A DNA stretch of 64,000 bases from Paludibacteraceae bacterium. Its GTDB lineage: Bacteria > Bacteroidota > Bacteroidia > Bacteroidales > Paludibacteraceae. This document shows positions 61,181-64,000 of this stretch, one piece after another; position 1 is the first letter of the stretch, and each line of letters opens with the position of its first letter. The stretch spans positions 1,045-65,044 of the forward strand of contig JAZUGF010000013.1 in assembly GCA_045641065.1 (NCBI GenBank), written 5' to 3'. A model generated the notes under the pieces. The model was not told the origin of the DNA. It worked only from the letters and a program-made list of their open reading frames with translations, and searched no databases. The position numbers and the translations under genes were made by a program.

Positions 61181-64000
61181 TTTTCAAAAAAGAGGATGCC
61201 GGCTTAATCGCAGTCGGTGTTTCGTCGAAATTGGGTGAGGAAGATATTAAGAAACTCACTTGGGCATTTAGCGGTGCTAAATACATGGAGTGTGATAGCA
61301 TCAACGGATGGTTCGTTGGTCCACGTCGCGAGATGATCACACCTTGGAGTACAAATGCAGTTGAGATCACTCAGAACATGGGTATCAAGGGCATTGAGAG
61401 AATCGAGGAGTATTTCGTGGCTTCAGGCGAGAACGCAGAGCATGACCCAATGCTACAGCGTATCTACAACGGTTTGAACCAGGACATCTTCACTATCTCA
61501 AAGACTCCAGATCCAATTGTCTACATCGACGATATTGAAGAATACAACAAGCAGGAGGGTCTTGCTCTTAACCCACAGGAAATCGAGTATTTGAAGAGCG
61601 TAAGTGCAAAGATCGGAAGAAAGCTTACAGACAGTGAGGTGTTCGGATTCTCACAGGTGAATTCAGAGCACTGCCGTCATAAGATATTCGGCGGAAAGTT
61701 CATCATCGACGGTAAGGAGATGGAGAGCTCACTTTTCGCTATGATCAAGAAGACATCAGAGACTAACCCTAACAAGTTGGTTTCTGCATATAAGGATAAC
61801 GTTGCATTCAACGCTGGTCCAGAGATCGAGCAGTTCGCACCAAAGTCAGGTGACAAGCCAGACTATTTTGAGGTGAAGAAGATGCAGTCAGTAATCTCAT
61901 TGAAGGCTGAGACACACAACTTCCCTACAACAGTTGAGCCATTCAACGGTGCAGCTACTGGTTCAGGTGGTGAGATCCGTGACCGTCTAGGAGGTGGTAA
62001 GGCATCTTTGCCAATCGCAGGTACAGCAGTCTACATGACATCATACCCACGTACAGAGAGTGGTAGATCATGGGAGCAGGCAATGAAGGAGAGAAACTGG
62101 CTATACCAGACTCCAGAGCAGATTTTGATCAAGGCTTCAAATGGAGCCAGCGACTTCGGTAACAAGTTTGGTCAGCCGCTAATCTGTGGTTCATTGATGA
62201 CATTTGAGCACGAGGAGAACGATAAGAAGTTCGCATTCGATAAGGTTATCATGCTTGCCGGAGGTGTCGGATTCGCAAAGATGAAGGACGCACAGAAGGG
62301 TCACGCGGAGCCAGGAGAGAAGGTTGTAGTGATGGGTGGTGATAACTACCGCATCGGTATGGGTGGTGGAGCCGTTTCATCAGTTGAGACAGGTCAGTAC
62401 TCAAACGCAATCGAGCTTAACGCCGTACAGCGTGCAAATGCAGAGATGCAGAAGCGTGTATCAAACGTTATCAGAACTCTTGCTGAGAGCGACTCTAATC
62501 CAATCGTTTCAATCCACGACCACGGTGCAGGTGGACACTTGAACTGTTTGTCTGAGCTTGTTGAGGAGACAGGTGGTAAGATCGACATGGATGCACTTCC
62601 AGTAGGTGACGTTACTCTTTCTGCAAAGGAGATCATCGGTAACGAGAGCCAGGAGCGTATGGGACTTCTTGTTCACGAGAAGGACATCGAGCTAATCAAG
62701 AAGATCGCAGACCGTGAGCGTGCACCAATGTATGTGGTTGGTGAGACAACAGGAGACAACAGATTCGTATTCGAGAAGAAGAACGGTGAGACACCAATCG
62801 ACTTAGAGATGAAGGATATGATTGGTAATCCTCCACGCACAGTCATCACAGATAATTCAGTAGAAGAGCACTATACAGACGCTACAATCAACGTGAGCAA
62901 GGTAGACGAGTATATCAACAATGTACTTCAGCTTGAGAGCGTAGCATGTAAGGACTGGTTGACAAACAAGGTTGACCGTTCCGTAACAGGTAAGGTTGCA
63001 CGTCAGCAGACATGTGGTGAGGTGCAGTTGCCATTGGCAGACCTTGGTGCAGTTGCATTGGATTACAGAGGAAAGTCTGGTATCGCAACATCTATCGGAC
63101 ACGCTCCAATCGCAGCTCTTGCTGATCCAGAGGCAGGTTCAGTGCTTGCAATCGCAGAGGCATTGACAAACATCGTATTCGCTCCACTTGCAGAAGGTTT
63201 GGATAGCGTATCGTTGAGTGCAAACTGGATGTGGCCATGTAAGAACCCAGGTGAGGATGCAAGATTGTACAAGGCAGTTAACGCTGCCAGTGATTTCGCT
63301 TGCTCACTAGGCATCAATATTCCAACAGGAAAAGATTCATTGTCAATGACTCAGAAGTATGGCAATGAGAAAGTATATTCTCCAGGTACAGTAATTATCT
63401 CAGCTGGTGCAGAGGTTTCTGACGTAAGAGGCATCGTAACTCCAGTTATCGCTAACGTACCAGGTTCAGCAGTTTACTACATCGATTTCTCATTCGACGA
63501 GTTGAAGCTTGGTGGATCTGCATTGTTCGCATCATTGAACAAGGTCGGAAAAGAGGTTCCTTGTGTTACAGACACAGAGTACTTCATGGACGCATTCAAC
63601 ACAGTTCAGGAGATGCTTAAGGCAGGTATCGTAGTTGCAGGACACGATATCTCTGAAGGTGGTATGTTGACTGCCCTACTTGAGATGTGTTTCGCTAACT
63701 CAGAGGGTGGTTTGAACGTCGACTTGAACGGTGTAGGTGATGATATCTTGAAGGTATTGTTCGCTGAGAACCCAGGAGTTTTGGTACAGGTTTCAGACTG
63801 TGCTTTGGCAGAGAAGATGATGAAGGAGGCTGGTGTTGGTTTCGCTAAGATCGCAACTCCAATCGAGGACAGAGTCGTAAGAGTAGCTAAGGATAAGTTC
63901 AAGCACGACTTCCAAATTGACGCTCTTCGCGACGTTTGGTTCAAGTCTTCTTACCTATTGGATAGAAAGCAGAGTGGTGAGGTTTGTGCTAAGAAGCGTT
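61181..64000 (+). CDS. purL: Phosphoribosylformylglycinamidine synthase (single-chain large form), 5' 940 codons; continues beyond the window
   Basis: The frame is open from the ATG at 61181 to the window end, and it is absent from the ORF track because it has no stop. Motifs: NSEHCRHKIF, ETHNFPTTVEPFNGAATGSGGEIRD, ANWMWP. Confidence 0.95.

Noticed and set aside
1-64000. CRISPR arrays, rRNA genes, IS transposases and reverse transcriptases.
   Set aside because: I found no run of three or more regularly spaced 25-40-nt repeats; every direct repeat seen has only 2-3 copies. I saw no rRNA-like segment. No ORF has DDE transposase or RT motifs.

Overview
This 64-kb window looks like a Bacteroidales chromosome, probably Prevotellaceae-like. 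The basis is many TAnnTTTG -7 promoter boxes, a hybrid two-component/AraC regulator, and four proteins ending in T9SS C-terminal sorting domains. (1) nt 1-12910 is the right-hand part of an integrated Bacteroidetes-type conjugative element. It carries DUF3408-like paralogs, traE-traF-traG-traI-like-traJ-traK-traM, a tyrosine integrase and a duplicated wHTH-like protein, and it abuts a minus-strand tRNA-Lys/Ser/Asp cluster. The T4SS set stops at traM, and two unknown ORFs sit between traF and traG. (2) nt 13.4-30.5 kb holds a BamA-family OMP, the HTCS regulator and a rhamnogalacturonan-type locus with no SusC/D: a PL11 lyase, a tandem CE12 acetylesterase, an unknown 1006-aa T9SS protein and a lipoprotein. 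The lyase and the esterase share an unassigned ~220-aa module. Phased direct repeats lie upstream of the promoters. (3) aroK and a long-form guaA follow. (4) nt 33.0-45.4 kb is a mosaic accessory tract. It opens with tandem cassettes (a kinase-like protein, then an acyltransferase-3), each bounded by a copy of the guaA 3' end and terminator. After these come a Fic protein, a ThiD-like/AraC fusion, an orphan Vsr, a DUF4258/zinc-finger TA-like pair, an XRE regulator, a CE1-CBM6 T9SS esterase and a small AT-rich two-gene cassette. (5) nt 45.5-64 kb is mostly housekeeping: an NSS transporter with a small subunit, a GT4, a beta-carbonic anhydrase, LptF/G, ribBA, exbB-exbD-tonB, DJ-1, an MtaD-like deaminase and a purL fragment. 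Non-genic signals include a ~100-nt structured repeat present twice with a covarying outer stem, ACGWWR hexamer arrays at four sites, and paired hairpin repeats. All calls come from reading the sequence and translations; no database search was run.
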